Shown here: one piece after another, positions 8,162 to 17,276 of the stretch
Numbering within the stretch: the stretch's first letter is position 1
How the letters are laid out: each line of letters starts with the position of its first letter
IMG/VR virus record: IMGVR_UViG_3300023312_000045
DNA length: 23,598 nucleotides
DNA from: a virus
Lineage: Duplodnaviria; Heunggongvirae; Uroviricota; Caudoviricetes
Strand: one strand, 5' to 3'
Made by a program: the position numbers and the translations under genes
The notes under the pieces: model-generated
The model's input: the letters and a program-made list of their open reading frames with translations, nothing else
Database searches by the model: none
What the model was told of the DNA's origin: nothing

Positions 8162-8497
8162 ATGTCAGGTGAGAAACCAAGATACCTCGTTCTGCGCCTC
8201 TCTCATATCCATAACACTCTGTGGCCGGAGGGGGCAGAAATCGAATACGAAGGTGAGCCTGGTAGCGCACTGGAACCTGTTAACGATGCAGCCAGACAGG
8301 CAAAAGCAAAAGTTGCAGGAAAGGTGTCAATGGCAGCAACCAGCACCAAAATCATCAATGATGTGTCAGATGATGGTGAACTGGATAAGCTCCGTGAAGA
8401 GTACGAATTGCTCTTTAACGAGAAGCCACACCATAACGCTAAAGCCGAAACGCTCCGCGAGAAGATCGCAGATAAGCGTAAAGAACTGGGCGTGTAA
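8162..8497 (+). CDS. Hypothetical protein (111 aa)
   Basis: ATG 8162 preceded by AAGGTG; followed by a strong terminator. Confidence 0.5.
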   Translation: MSGEKPRYLVLRLSHIHNTLWPEGAEIEYEGEPGSALEPVNDAARQAKAKVAGKVSMAATSTKIINDVSDDGELDKLREEYELLFNEKPHHNAKAETLREKIADKRKELGV

Positions 8498-8513
8498 GCC
8501 TCGCGAATCCGAC

Positions 8514-8536
8514 AAGGGGCTTCGGCCCCTTTATTG
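8514..8536 (+). terminator. Rho-independent terminator after the capsid gene block (AAGGGGC-TTCG-GCCCCTT then TATT)
   Basis: GC-rich 7-bp stem with TTCG tetraloop followed by T-rich tract. Confidence 0.7.
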
Positions 8537-8547
8537 CAGGAGTGTAT

Positions 8548-8871
8548 ATGGAACTCGTAAACCTCAAAACCGGCACTGACAGCTACCAGGATGAGAGCGG
8601 AGAAACCAGAACTCGCGATGAATACCCGTGGGGGCTGTGCATCACTCTTAATAACGACACATTGAATAAGCTGAAGGCGCAACCTCAGGGCGTCGGAACA
8701 GAAGTGATGATAACTGCAAAGGCTGTTATTCGAGGCCTGTCTGCCAGAGAAACTGACGATGGTGTTAATCGCAGCGCCGATCTGCAGATCACTGATATGG
8801 CAATCGCTCCTGTTTCCGGTGATGTAGAAAAATCAGCGGCTGAAACCCTCTACGGTAACGGGGGTGAGTGA
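8548..8871 (+). CDS. Hypothetical protein (107 aa)
   Basis: AGGAG RBS 6 nt before ATG 8548; stop overlaps the next start. Confidence 0.5.
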   Translation: MELVNLKTGTDSYQDESGETRTRDEYPWGLCITLNNDTLNKLKAQPQGVGTEVMITAKAVIRGLSARETDDGVNRSADLQITDMAIAPVSGDVEKSAAETLYGNGGE

Positions 8872-9476
8872 TGGCCTCTGTAGTAGAGATCTGTAATCGT
8901 GCGCTGTCCAATATTGGCAACAGCCGCAGCATTAACAGCCTGACGGAAGCCAGCAAGGAAGCAGGGGAATGTTCGCTGCACTTTGAGGCCTGCCGTGATG
9001 CTGTGCTTTCTGATTTTGACTGGAACTTTGCTACCAAACGCGTGGCGCTTGCAGATACGAACAATCCACCGCCTGACTGGGAATATGCGTACCAGTACCC
9101 GTCCGATTGTCTGCGCATTACTGAAATTATGCTTCCTGGTGTACGCAATCCAACAGCAGCAATGCGCGTTCAGTACGAAGTTGGTGCAGACACCAACGGA
9201 ACAGGAAAGTTGATCTACACAGACCAGCCGCAGGCATGGCTCAAGTATGTCTCTCGCGTTTCAGATGTGAACATGTTTGATGCCATTTTTATGGAGGCGT
9301 TGGCCTGGCGTCTTGCTGCAGCTATTAACATGGCGCTGACTGGGAATGCAGACCTCGGTACGTTTGCCCTCAATATGTACAATCGCGTGATTCTTAGTGC
9401 TGGCTCGCATAGCCAGAATGAATCACAGGAACCACTGCCACCGGTTGACGAGTTTACCATTGCGAGGTTGTCCTGA
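8871..9476 (+). CDS. Tail tubular protein A (T7 gp11-like adaptor)
   Basis: About 201 aa; N-terminal CNRALSNIGNSRSINSLTE resembles the T7 gp11 N-terminus as recalled; immediately precedes a gp12-sized gene. Confidence 0.7.
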   Translation: MASVVEICNRALSNIGNSRSINSLTEASKEAGECSLHFEACRDAVLSDFDWNFATKRVALADTNNPPPDWEYAYQYPSDCLRITEIMLPGVRNPTAAMRVQYEVGADTNGTGKLIYTDQPQAWLKYVSRVSDVNMFDAIFMEALAWRLAAAINMALTGNADLGTFALNMYNRVILSAGSHSQNESQEPLPPVDEFTIARLS

Positions 9477-11947
9477 TGGCTATCAGTTGGATCCAGCCCA
9501 GCTTTGCCGGTGGTGAGATTGGACCGTCGTTGTACGGTCGTATTGACATGGCGAAGTACCAGGTGGCATTGCGCAAGTGCGATAACTTTATCGTGCGGCA
9601 GTATGGCGGAGTTGAGAATCGACCTGGTACGCGTTTTGTCGGTGCCGCCAAATACCCAAATCGGAAATGCCGCCTGATCCCGTTCCAGTTCTCGACGGTT
9701 CAGACTTATGCTCTGGAGTTCGGACACCAGTACATGCGCGTTATCAAAGATGGTGCGTTGGTGCTGAACAGCAGCAATGTTATTTATGAAATTTCCACGC
9801 CATATACTGAAGCCGATCTGTTCCGAATTAAATTCACGCAAAGCGCAGACGTGCTTACGCTGGTTCATCCGGCATACCCGCCGAAAGAGTTGCGCCGCTA
9901 TGCGCATGACAACTGGCAACTGGTTGATGTGGTAACGAAGAACGGGCCATTTGAAGATATCAATATTGACGAGTCAGTGACGGTTTATGCCAGCGCCAGC
10001 ACCGGGACAATTACGTTAACGGCAAGCGCCTCTATTTTTGGCGCGGAGCAGGTAGGCAAATTGTTCTATCTGGAACAGCCTGCAGTGGATTCTGTGCCGG
10101 TATGGGAAACCAGTAAGAGTACGTCGATTGGCGATATTCGCCGTGCAGACAGTAACTACTATCGCGCCGTTACAGCAGGCAAAACAGGTACTTTGCGCCC
10201 TTCGCATACAGAAGGCACATCATGGGATGGCTGGGGCGGATCCGGTGATGATGATACTGGCATTGAGTGGGAGTATCTGCACAGTGGTTTTGGCATTGCC
10301 CGTATCACTGCTGCAAATGGCACTACTGCAACTGCTGAGGTGATTTCCTATATCCCTTCGCAGGTCGTTGGCGAGGATAATGCCAGCTATAAATGGGCTA
10401 AATATGCCTGGAACAGTGTTAATGGTTATCCTGGCACTGTTGTTTATTATCAACAACGTCTTTACTTCGCCGCATCGACTGCGTTCCCTCAGACTATCTG
10501 GGCCAGCCGTACCGGGGATTATAAGGATTTTGGCAAAAGCAATCCTACGCAGGATGACGACAGAATTATCTACACCTATGCCGGGCGTCAGGTTAATGAG
10601 ATCCGCCACCTGATTGATGTCGGTTCGCTGGTGGCGCTGACTTCCGGAGGTGAGTACGTCATCACCGGCGACCAGAACAAAGTGTTAACCCCATCATCAT
10701 TTGCATTCAGCTCTCAGGGATCAAATGGCTCAAGCAACGTCCCGCCAATTGCCGTGGCGAATATTGCTCTGTTCGTCCAGGAGAAAGGCAGCGTTGTCCG
10801 TGATCTGGCCTACTCATTCGATGTTGACGGCTATCAGGGGAACGACCTGACCATCCTTGCCAATCATCTTTTTCAGAAGCACAGCATTGTTGACTGGTGC
10901 TTCTCGATTGTCCCTTACTCCAGTGCCTTCTGCATTCGTGATGACGGTAAATTACTGGTGATGACCTATTTGCGTGATCAGCAGGTTTTTGCATGGGCAC
11001 CACAATCCAGTACCGGAAAATATGAAAGCACATGCAGTATCAGCGAAGGCAATGAAGATGCGGTGTATTTCGTCGTTAACCGAACCGTTAACGGGCAAAC
11101 AGTGAGATACATCGAGCGGCTGTCCAGCCGTTTATTTACCAGCGATGAAGATGCTTTCTTTGTTGATTCTGGCCTTAGCTATGATGGAAGAAATACGTCT
11201 GACAGAACGATGACCATCACTGGTGGTTCTGGCGAATGGGATTACCGCGCGGAATATACAATCAGTGTTTCTGGTGGTGCGTACTTCACCAGTAGTGATA
11301 TCGGTGCTCAACTACAGTTCCCTTATACCGGAACTGATCCTGATACTGGCGATGAAGTGTCAAAAGAATTACGTTGCGACATCATTTCTGTAACCAGCAA
11401 TACCGCTGTAGTGGTTCGTGCTAACAGGAACGTCCCGCCATCCCTCAGGAATGTGGCTACCACGAACTGGCAGATGGCGCGCCGGACATTTGGAGGCCTG
11501 TCTCATCTTGAAGGCCAGACCGTAAACATTCTCTCTGATGCGAACGTGGAACCACAGAAAGTGGTTTCCGGAGGTGCCGTCACGCTGGAATCTCCGGGGG
11601 CTGTAGTGCACATCGGCCTGCCAATAACTGCTGAATTCGAAACACTGGATATCAACATTAACGGACAGGAAACGCTGCTGGACAAAAAACAGGTGATCCC
11701 CTCCGTTACTCTGGTTGTGAATGCCAGTCGCGGCATCTGGGCGACTACGCCCGGCGGTAAATGGTACGAATATCCACAGCGTGAATTCGAGTTCTACGAT
11801 GATCCTGTTGATGATGCTACCGGAAAAGTAGAAGTGAAACTGGACAGTAACTGGGGCAAAAACGGACGTGTAAAAATCCGTCAGCTTGATCCGTTGCCGC
11901 TGTCTGTTCTTGCCGTTATTCCTCGCCTTACTGTTGGGGGATTCTGA
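9476..11947 (+). CDS. Tail tubular protein B (T7 gp12-like nozzle)
   Basis: 823 aa; size and position after the gp11-like gene; N-terminal GG...RP pattern resembles gp12 as recalled. Confidence 0.7.
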   Translation: MAISWIQPSFAGGEIGPSLYGRIDMAKYQVALRKCDNFIVRQYGGVENRPGTRFVGAAKYPNRKCRLIPFQFSTVQTYALEFGHQYMRVIKDGALVLNSSNVIYEISTPYTEADLFRIKFTQSADVLTLVHPAYPPKELRRYAHDNWQLVDVVTKNGPFEDINIDESVTVYASASTGTITLTASASIFGAEQVGKLFYLEQPAVDSVPVWETSKSTSIGDIRRADSNYYRAVTAGKTGTLRPSHTEGTSWDGWGGSGDDDTGIEWEYLHSGFGIARITAANGTTATAEVISYIPSQVVGEDNASYKWAKYAWNSVNGYPGTVVYYQQRLYFAASTAFPQTIWASRTGDYKDFGKSNPTQDDDRIIYTYAGRQVNEIRHLIDVGSLVALTSGGEYVITGDQNKVLTPSSFAFSSQGSNGSSNVPPIAVANIALFVQEKGSVVRDLAYSFDVDGYQGNDLTILANHLFQKHSIVDWCFSIVPYSSAFCIRDDGKLLVMTYLRDQQVFAWAPQSSTGKYESTCSISEGNEDAVYFVVNRTVNGQTVRYIERLSSRLFTSDEDAFFVDSGLSYDGRNTSDRTMTITGGSGEWDYRAEYTISVSGGAYFTSSDIGAQLQFPYTGTDPDTGDEVSKELRCDIISVTSNTAVVVRANRNVPPSLRNVATTNWQMARRTFGGLSHLEGQTVNILSDANVEPQKVVSGGAVTLESPGAVVHIGLPITAEFETLDININGQETLLDKKQVIPSVTLVVNASRGIWATTPGGKWYEYPQREFEFYDDPVDDATGKVEVKLDSNWGKNGRVKIRQLDPLPLSVLAVIPRLTVGGF

Positions 11948-12411
11948 TGATCGGTGTTCAAATTATTCCTGCAACCGAAGAGCATCTTCAGATGATTTTG
12001 CCGGATGTTCGTCAGGCTGATATTGACGAACTGTATGCGGTATCACTGATGACTACCGAAGATGCGCTGCGTGTTGGTCTGCGTACTGCGACTATGGCCT
12101 GGTCAGGATTTGCGAACGGAGAACTGGTAACCATGTTTGGCGTATCTCCGGCGTCAATGATCGGTGGCAATGGTACGCCCTGGCTGGTCGGAACCAGCCG
12201 TATCGAAAAATATCAGAAGACATTTCTTCGCCACTGCCGCCCTGTATTGCAGCAGATGCTGGCAGTTTATCCGCGCCTGGAAAACTATGTCGACGAGCGA
12301 AACCATGTTGCCAAAGCATGGCTGCACTGGCTTGGATTCAGGCTTGAAGAAGCCGCGCCTTATGGTGCTCTTGGTCTTAATTTCCACAGATTTCACATGG
12401 AGAGAAAATAA
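11947..12411 (+). CDS. Internal virion protein A-like (putative)
   Basis: 154 aa; position between the gp12-like and gp14-like genes only. Confidence 0.45.
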   Translation: MIGVQIIPATEEHLQMILPDVRQADIDELYAVSLMTTEDALRVGLRTATMAWSGFANGELVTMFGVSPASMIGGNGTPWLVGTSRIEKYQKTFLRHCRPVLQQMLAVYPRLENYVDERNHVAKAWLHWLGFRLEEAAPYGALGLNFHRFHMERK

Positions 12412-12956
12412 TGTGCGATCCGGTTATTGCTGGTGGCGCAATGCTCGCCATGAGTGGCATTCAGGCATACACCCAGTACCAACAGGGAAAGTATGCCTCG
12501 AAGGTTGCAGAAGCGAACGCAGATATAGCCACAGCTCAGGCAAATGATGCAATAAACAGAGGTAACGCTGAAGCTGAGCAACGGCGCAGAGAGACCCGAC
12601 AGCGGCTTGGTACACAGGCGGCGACAATGGGGGCTACCGGCGCTGATTTATCTACAGGTAACGCGCTGGATATATTTGGCGACACTGCCCAGTTTGGCGC
12701 TCTTGATTCTCTGACGACGGTGAATAACGCGCAACGCGAGGCTTACGGTTATCAGGTTCAGGCTGCCAACTATAAAGCAGAAGCCAGTTCAGCCCGTAAA
12801 CAGGGGAATGTGGGAGCAGCAACAACATTGCTCACTGCGCCTCTGAAGGCATACGGTGCGTACCAGATGTTTGGTGGGACGTGGAGTCCGTTTACTCAAA
12901 GCACCCCTGCGCCAATCGGGGCAGCAGCAGGAACCAGATTACCCGGAGGATTATAA
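12411..12956 (+). CDS. Internal virion protein B (T7 gp14-like, putative)
   Basis: 181 aa beginning MC...IAGGAMLAMSGIQA, similar in pattern to the T7 gp14 N-terminus as recalled; Ala/Gln-rich. Confidence 0.55.
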   Translation: MCDPVIAGGAMLAMSGIQAYTQYQQGKYASKVAEANADIATAQANDAINRGNAEAEQRRRETRQRLGTQAATMGATGADLSTGNALDIFGDTAQFGALDSLTTVNNAQREAYGYQVQAANYKAEASSARKQGNVGAATTLLTAPLKAYGAYQMFGGTWSPFTQSTPAPIGAAAGTRLPGGL

Positions 12957-15577
12957 TGCCAGTCGTACCAACAGTATCCGGACGTCAGGTTGAGAGTCGT
13001 GGAGTTCAGTCAGCAGGCTTGCAGACGTTTTCTCAGCCAGGTATTGGTGATGCTTTTGTTCGGGCAGGGACAGAGGCAATTGATGTTTTGGGGCAGGCAA
13101 AACAGCGTGCCAATATCGCTCTGGCTCAGGAGGCATCCCTTAAACTCAGTCAGACAGGCAGTGATCTGCTGAATAATCCTGAAACAGGATTGCTTAACCT
13201 GAAAGGGAAAAATGCTATTGGAAAAGGTCAGGAGTATACGCAGCAGTTTGATGCCCAGGTCGAGCAACTGGCTATGTCGCTGCCGGATGAACAGGCTCGT
13301 AATGCTTTCATGCAGCAGGCGCAGCAGCAGCGCATTCAGTTCACTACGCAGGCCGGGAGGTACGAAATAGGACAGGTTCGCCAGTATGAGGCGGATATGC
13401 AGGATGCGACACTAAAAAACCTATCGATGCAGTTCCGTAACCCGACAATGGCAAACCAGGCAGGATTGAAGGCATATCATAGCATCATCGCTTACGGCGA
13501 AGCCCACGGCCAGAGTCAGGAAGAGATTGAACAGAACTGGGTTTCGTGGCGCGAGAATGCCGCGAACGGTGCGGCGGAGGCGTGGTATGTGCCGATGTAT
13601 CAACAGATGATGGGTCCGAACGGCAAGATTGAGGTAACCGATACACCGAGTGAGGCGCAGTTATTCTCTGCAATAATCTGGCAGGAGAGTGGCGGAAATC
13701 AGTACGGAAAGGACGGAACACCTCTGGTGTCGCCAAAAGGCGCTGTTGGCGTAGCGCAGGTGACGGAAGATACTGGCCCCGAAGCTGCCCGCCTTGCTGG
13801 CGTGCCGTGGGACCGAGATAAATGGTTGAATGACCCGCGCTATAATGCCCGCTTGGGGCAAGCTTATTTCGGCGCGCAGATGAAGAAATACGACAATAAC
13901 CCGGTTCTGGCAGTAGCTGCCTATAACGCTGGCCCAGGAAAGGTTGACGGCTGGATTAAACAGATTGGCGATCCGCGCACAGGCGAAGTCAGTAACGCCC
14001 AGTTTGCCGCAGCTATCCCATACGACGAGACGCGCAATTATGTGGCAAAAGTAACTGGCAGTGCTGGAGCTATTCCTGGATCTGCGACGATGGAAAACCT
14101 CATCGCACAGCCATTCTGGAACGCCATGAGTCCGGACAAAAAGTCGCAGATGATGAGCAAGGTTGCTGGCATGTACGACATGCAGGCTTCAGCCGGTCGC
14201 GTTGCGCTACAGAGTCGAATGCAGGACGACCTATCCAAAATTGAGGCCGGTAAGCAGGTGACGCCTATTTCAGCGCACGAATGGGCCGCCGTTATGCCGC
14301 TTCAGGCAGCGCCTGCCGAGCGCCTGCAGATGGAAAAAACCTTCCAGCAATACCAGCAGGCAATGACGCTACAACCTGTTTATCAGACCATTATGCAGGG
14401 CAACGTCCAGCAGGGTACCGCCGCCGTGCAGGCAATGGCACCGCAGGAAAACGACCCTGACTTTAAATACAAAGCAGAGCTTTATGCATCGGCAAAGGTC
14501 AAGCTTGGGCAGGTACTGAAGGCGCGGGAAGCGGATCCGGGGGCATGGCTGCAACAAAACTCTCCGGTTGTGCAGGCTGCATTCCAGCAGTACCTGAATG
14601 ACCCTTCATCTGGTGAATACCTAGTTTCCCGCATACAGTCTGAAAAAGACCGCCTGGGGATAATGAGCAAAAAAGTTTTACCGGAGTCCATGGTCAACGA
14701 CGTACTGCAGCGTATTGACAACACGCAGGAATCTAGCGTAAAGGCCATTCAGTCGGTGGCGCAGTCGTTCGGCAAATACTCGGATCAGGTGATGCAGCAG
14801 GTTCAGAAGAGCGCTTATCCTGCGTTGCAGGTTGTCATGGCTACCGAGAACCCGCGCGCGGCAAATGCGCTCTGGCAAAACCGTAGCGTTAAAACTGCTG
14901 ACTTACGCGGCAGTCTTGAGAAAACCGACGCGGATAGCGCCGACTCGTCATGGAATGACCAATCGAAAGATTTTGCTGGCACGATGGTTGTTCAGCCTGG
15001 TGGCACTGCCGTGTGGAATAACTTCAACGAGCAGGGAAAACGACTTACTTACATCAACATGCAGCGCGGAATGTCGGCGTCTGATGCAGCAAAACAGGCG
15101 TATCAGGACATCCTCGGCGAGCAGTACCAGACCAATGGCACTTGGCGGCTACCTAAGCGTGCAGGGATAGATATTCGTGACGTTAACGATGGTGCCAATG
15201 CGTATCTGAAAAACCTGTCAGCAGATCAGATTATGCCGCTTATTGGTGACCCAAGGCTACCTGATGAGGTCAACCGTGAGCAGAGTATCTCCCGCATTCG
15301 TGATAATGCGCAGTGGGTTACCAACAGCGACGAAACAGGACTTACCCTGATGCTCAACGGGCTGATCGTCAACGGTGCTGACGGCAACCCGATTACGGTG
15401 CCGTTCAACGATCTGGCGAAACTGGGAACAACCAACCGATCAGTATGGAACAGCATTACCAAGTTCATTGATACTCCGGTGAAATATACTCCCGGACAGT
15501 CTAAGGAATACAGCGCAGAAAGTCAGCGCGACAACCTGATTAACATTTTCCAGAACGGCCAGCAATCAGGACGATAA
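12956..15577 (+). CDS. Internal virion (ejection) protein with soluble lytic transglycosylase domain
   Basis: Start set at ATG 12956 (GGAGGA RBS, TAATG overlap) rather than ORF-track 12881. SLT family-1 signature read directly: WQESGGNQ (catalytic Glu-Ser), GVAQV, AYNAGPGKV, spanning about 13660-13960. Confidence 0.8.
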   Translation: MPVVPTVSGRQVESRGVQSAGLQTFSQPGIGDAFVRAGTEAIDVLGQAKQRANIALAQEASLKLSQTGSDLLNNPETGLLNLKGKNAIGKGQEYTQQFDAQVEQLAMSLPDEQARNAFMQQAQQQRIQFTTQAGRYEIGQVRQYEADMQDATLKNLSMQFRNPTMANQAGLKAYHSIIAYGEAHGQSQEEIEQNWVSWRENAANGAAEAWYVPMYQQMMGPNGKIEVTDTPSEAQLFSAIIWQESGGNQYGKDGTPLVSPKGAVGVAQVTEDTGPEAARLAGVPWDRDKWLNDPRYNARLGQAYFGAQMKKYDNNPVLAVAAYNAGPGKVDGWIKQIGDPRTGEVSNAQFAAAIPYDETRNYVAKVTGSAGAIPGSATMENLIAQPFWNAMSPDKKSQMMSKVAGMYDMQASAGRVALQSRMQDDLSKIEAGKQVTPISAHEWAAVMPLQAAPAERLQMEKTFQQYQQAMTLQPVYQTIMQGNVQQGTAAVQAMAPQENDPDFKYKAELYASAKVKLGQVLKAREADPGAWLQQNSPVVQAAFQQYLNDPSSGEYLVSRIQSEKDRLGIMSKKVLPESMVNDVLQRIDNTQESSVKAIQSVAQSFGKYSDQVMQQVQKSAYPALQVVMATENPRAANALWQNRSVKTADLRGSLEKTDADSADSSWNDQSKDFAGTMVVQPGGTAVWNNFNEQGKRLTYINMQRGMSASDAAKQAYQDILGEQYQTNGTWRLPKRAGIDIRDVNDGANAYLKNLSADQIMPLIGDPRLPDEVNREQSISRIRDNAQWVTNSDETGLTLMLNGLIVNGADGNPITVPFNDLAKLGTTNRSVWNSITKFIDTPVKYTPGQSKEYSAESQRDNLINIFQNGQQSGR

Positions 15578-15578
15578 C

Positions 15579-17276
15579 ATGCCAATTTACACAGATGATC
15601 CGGGACAGGGAATTAACCAGCCAATTGGCAACGCGCCAGCAGGGCTTGGCGAATCGCTGCTTTCTTCCCTTAAGCAGGGATTTGAAGAGGGGCCGGTCAT
15701 GTCCGGCTACCGCTTTGCGCAGGCCGACTCGCTGGCGAATGACCCAAACTCTACAGTTATCAGTAAGCAGGAAGCGGATGAGCTCCTGAAGCAGTACGGC
15801 GTAAAGAGCATAAACGTGCCAGATTCTGGCGTTACGCAGGCTTTTCTCGATCATGTTATTGCCGAACGCAAAGATTCTCTGGCACGCCAGCAGATCGCGA
15901 TGTCGGCACCGAGCGGGTGGGTAGCCACGCCGCTTAATTTCGCAGCCAGCCTAGCTGGTTCAATGGCAGATCCTGGTAACGTGGCGCTGGCGCTGGTTCC
16001 GTTCGCTGGAGAAGCAAAGGCGGCTTCTGTGCTTGGCCGATTTGGCGAGCGATTTGTTGCTGGTGCACGCATGGGGGCAGCGCAGGCGTTGGTGACCGTG
16101 CCGCTTACCGGGCTGGCAGCGGCGGCGGAAGGTGACGACTTCACCTATAGCAACGCGTTGGAAAGTACTTTCTTTAACACGATGGCTGGCGGTCTAATGC
16201 ATGCCGGCGGCGGCCTTATCGCCGATATCGTGCGACCGCGTCGCGTTCCCGATGCTGCAACGGGAGAGTCCCCGGCGTTTTCTGGCGATGCGCAGCCAAC
16301 CCCGGTGATAACGCCTGACAACATTCCGGCGGGCGTGAATATCCCTGAGGTTGGCGCTAACGCAGATCTGGCGGCGGCCATTTCCAGTGAAGCGGAGAGC
16401 TACGCATACAGCCGGGCTTATGACGACGTGGTTCCTGACTATATGGCGCGCCAGCAGGAGTTACAGAGCGGGCAGATCGGTAACGTTGCCGACCTGCGTG
16501 CCGAGCTTGCGGCTAATCAACGTCATGCTGACTCGCTTGATGCGACGCTGCAGCAGCGCACCAAAAAGTATCAGGGGCAGCGGATGAAGTTTAAGGATGC
16601 GCGCTCTAGGGCACTGAAAGAGATTCAGGCCGAGAAAGACGCCATCGCTGCACGCAATCAGGAGATCAACACATCGCTGGAACAGAACGCGACAGCAGAG
16701 CAGGCGCGCTGGCGCCAGTCTCAGATTTCCCGCGGCGAGATCCCCGACGACCTGAAAGTCACCATTTCCGAGCGTGCGCAGCAGATCCTGGACGGCATGC
16801 AGATGTCGCCGGTCGCTGGCGCAGTTCGCACTGCCGCAAGCGCCATCAGGGATGCTGACTGGAACGTGAACCAGCAGGCGTATCGCGCTGCGCTGGCACA
16901 CATGATGGAAGGACGTAGCCCAGATGTTGAGCCCTTCTATGAACTGCACAAACCAGCACTGCGTGAACGCGCCATCCATCGCATACAGAACCCGGCACGG
17001 CAGGTTGATGAAACGGCTCGCCCAGCAAGCGAAACAGCCGATCGGGTTTATCAAGAAACGCAAAAGGCAGATCATGAAATTACCGCTGCCGCTGCAGACC
17101 TTGATAACGAGCTCAACCTGAGTAACGCCCTGCTTGACGATATCGCTGTCGATAACCCTGATCTTGCGACCACGTTGCGCCAGAAACTCAATGATATTCG
17201 TGCCGACGCCAGCGACAATAGCATGAGCAACGCTTTCCGGGCATTTGCCGCCTGTATGATTAACCGGGGGATGTGA
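15579..17276 (+). CDS. Internal virion/ejection protein (Ala-rich, coiled-coil)
   Basis: 565 aa between two other ejection-protein genes; composition and position only. Confidence 0.5.
   Translation: MPIYTDDPGQGINQPIGNAPAGLGESLLSSLKQGFEEGPVMSGYRFAQADSLANDPNSTVISKQEADELLKQYGVKSINVPDSGVTQAFLDHVIAERKDSLARQQIAMSAPSGWVATPLNFAASLAGSMADPGNVALALVPFAGEAKAASVLGRFGERFVAGARMGAAQALVTVPLTGLAAAAEGDDFTYSNALESTFFNTMAGGLMHAGGGLIADIVRPRRVPDAATGESPAFSGDAQPTPVITPDNIPAGVNIPEVGANADLAAAISSEAESYAYSRAYDDVVPDYMARQQELQSGQIGNVADLRAELAANQRHADSLDATLQQRTKKYQGQRMKFKDARSRALKEIQAEKDAIAARNQEINTSLEQNATAEQARWRQSQISRGEIPDDLKVTISERAQQILDGMQMSPVAGAVRTAASAIRDADWNVNQQAYRAALAHMMEGRSPDVEPFYELHKPALRERAIHRIQNPARQVDETARPASETADRVYQETQKADHEITAAAADLDNELNLSNALLDDIAVDNPDLATTLRQKLNDIRADASDNSMSNAFRAFAACMINRGM

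Noticed and set aside
8169-8682. Alternative-frame ORFs 8169..8579 (+) and 8203..8682 (-) overlapping the small genes after the capsid gene
   Set aside because: They overlap ORFs that have proper Shine-Dalgarno sequences and stop/start coupling, and they run through the intrinsic terminator at 8514-8536.
12881-12955. Upstream extension of the transglycosylase-containing ejection protein (ORF-track start 12881)
   Set aside because: It overlaps the end of the preceding gene; ATG 12956 has a GGAGGA RBS and the TAATG stop-start overlap typical of this operon.
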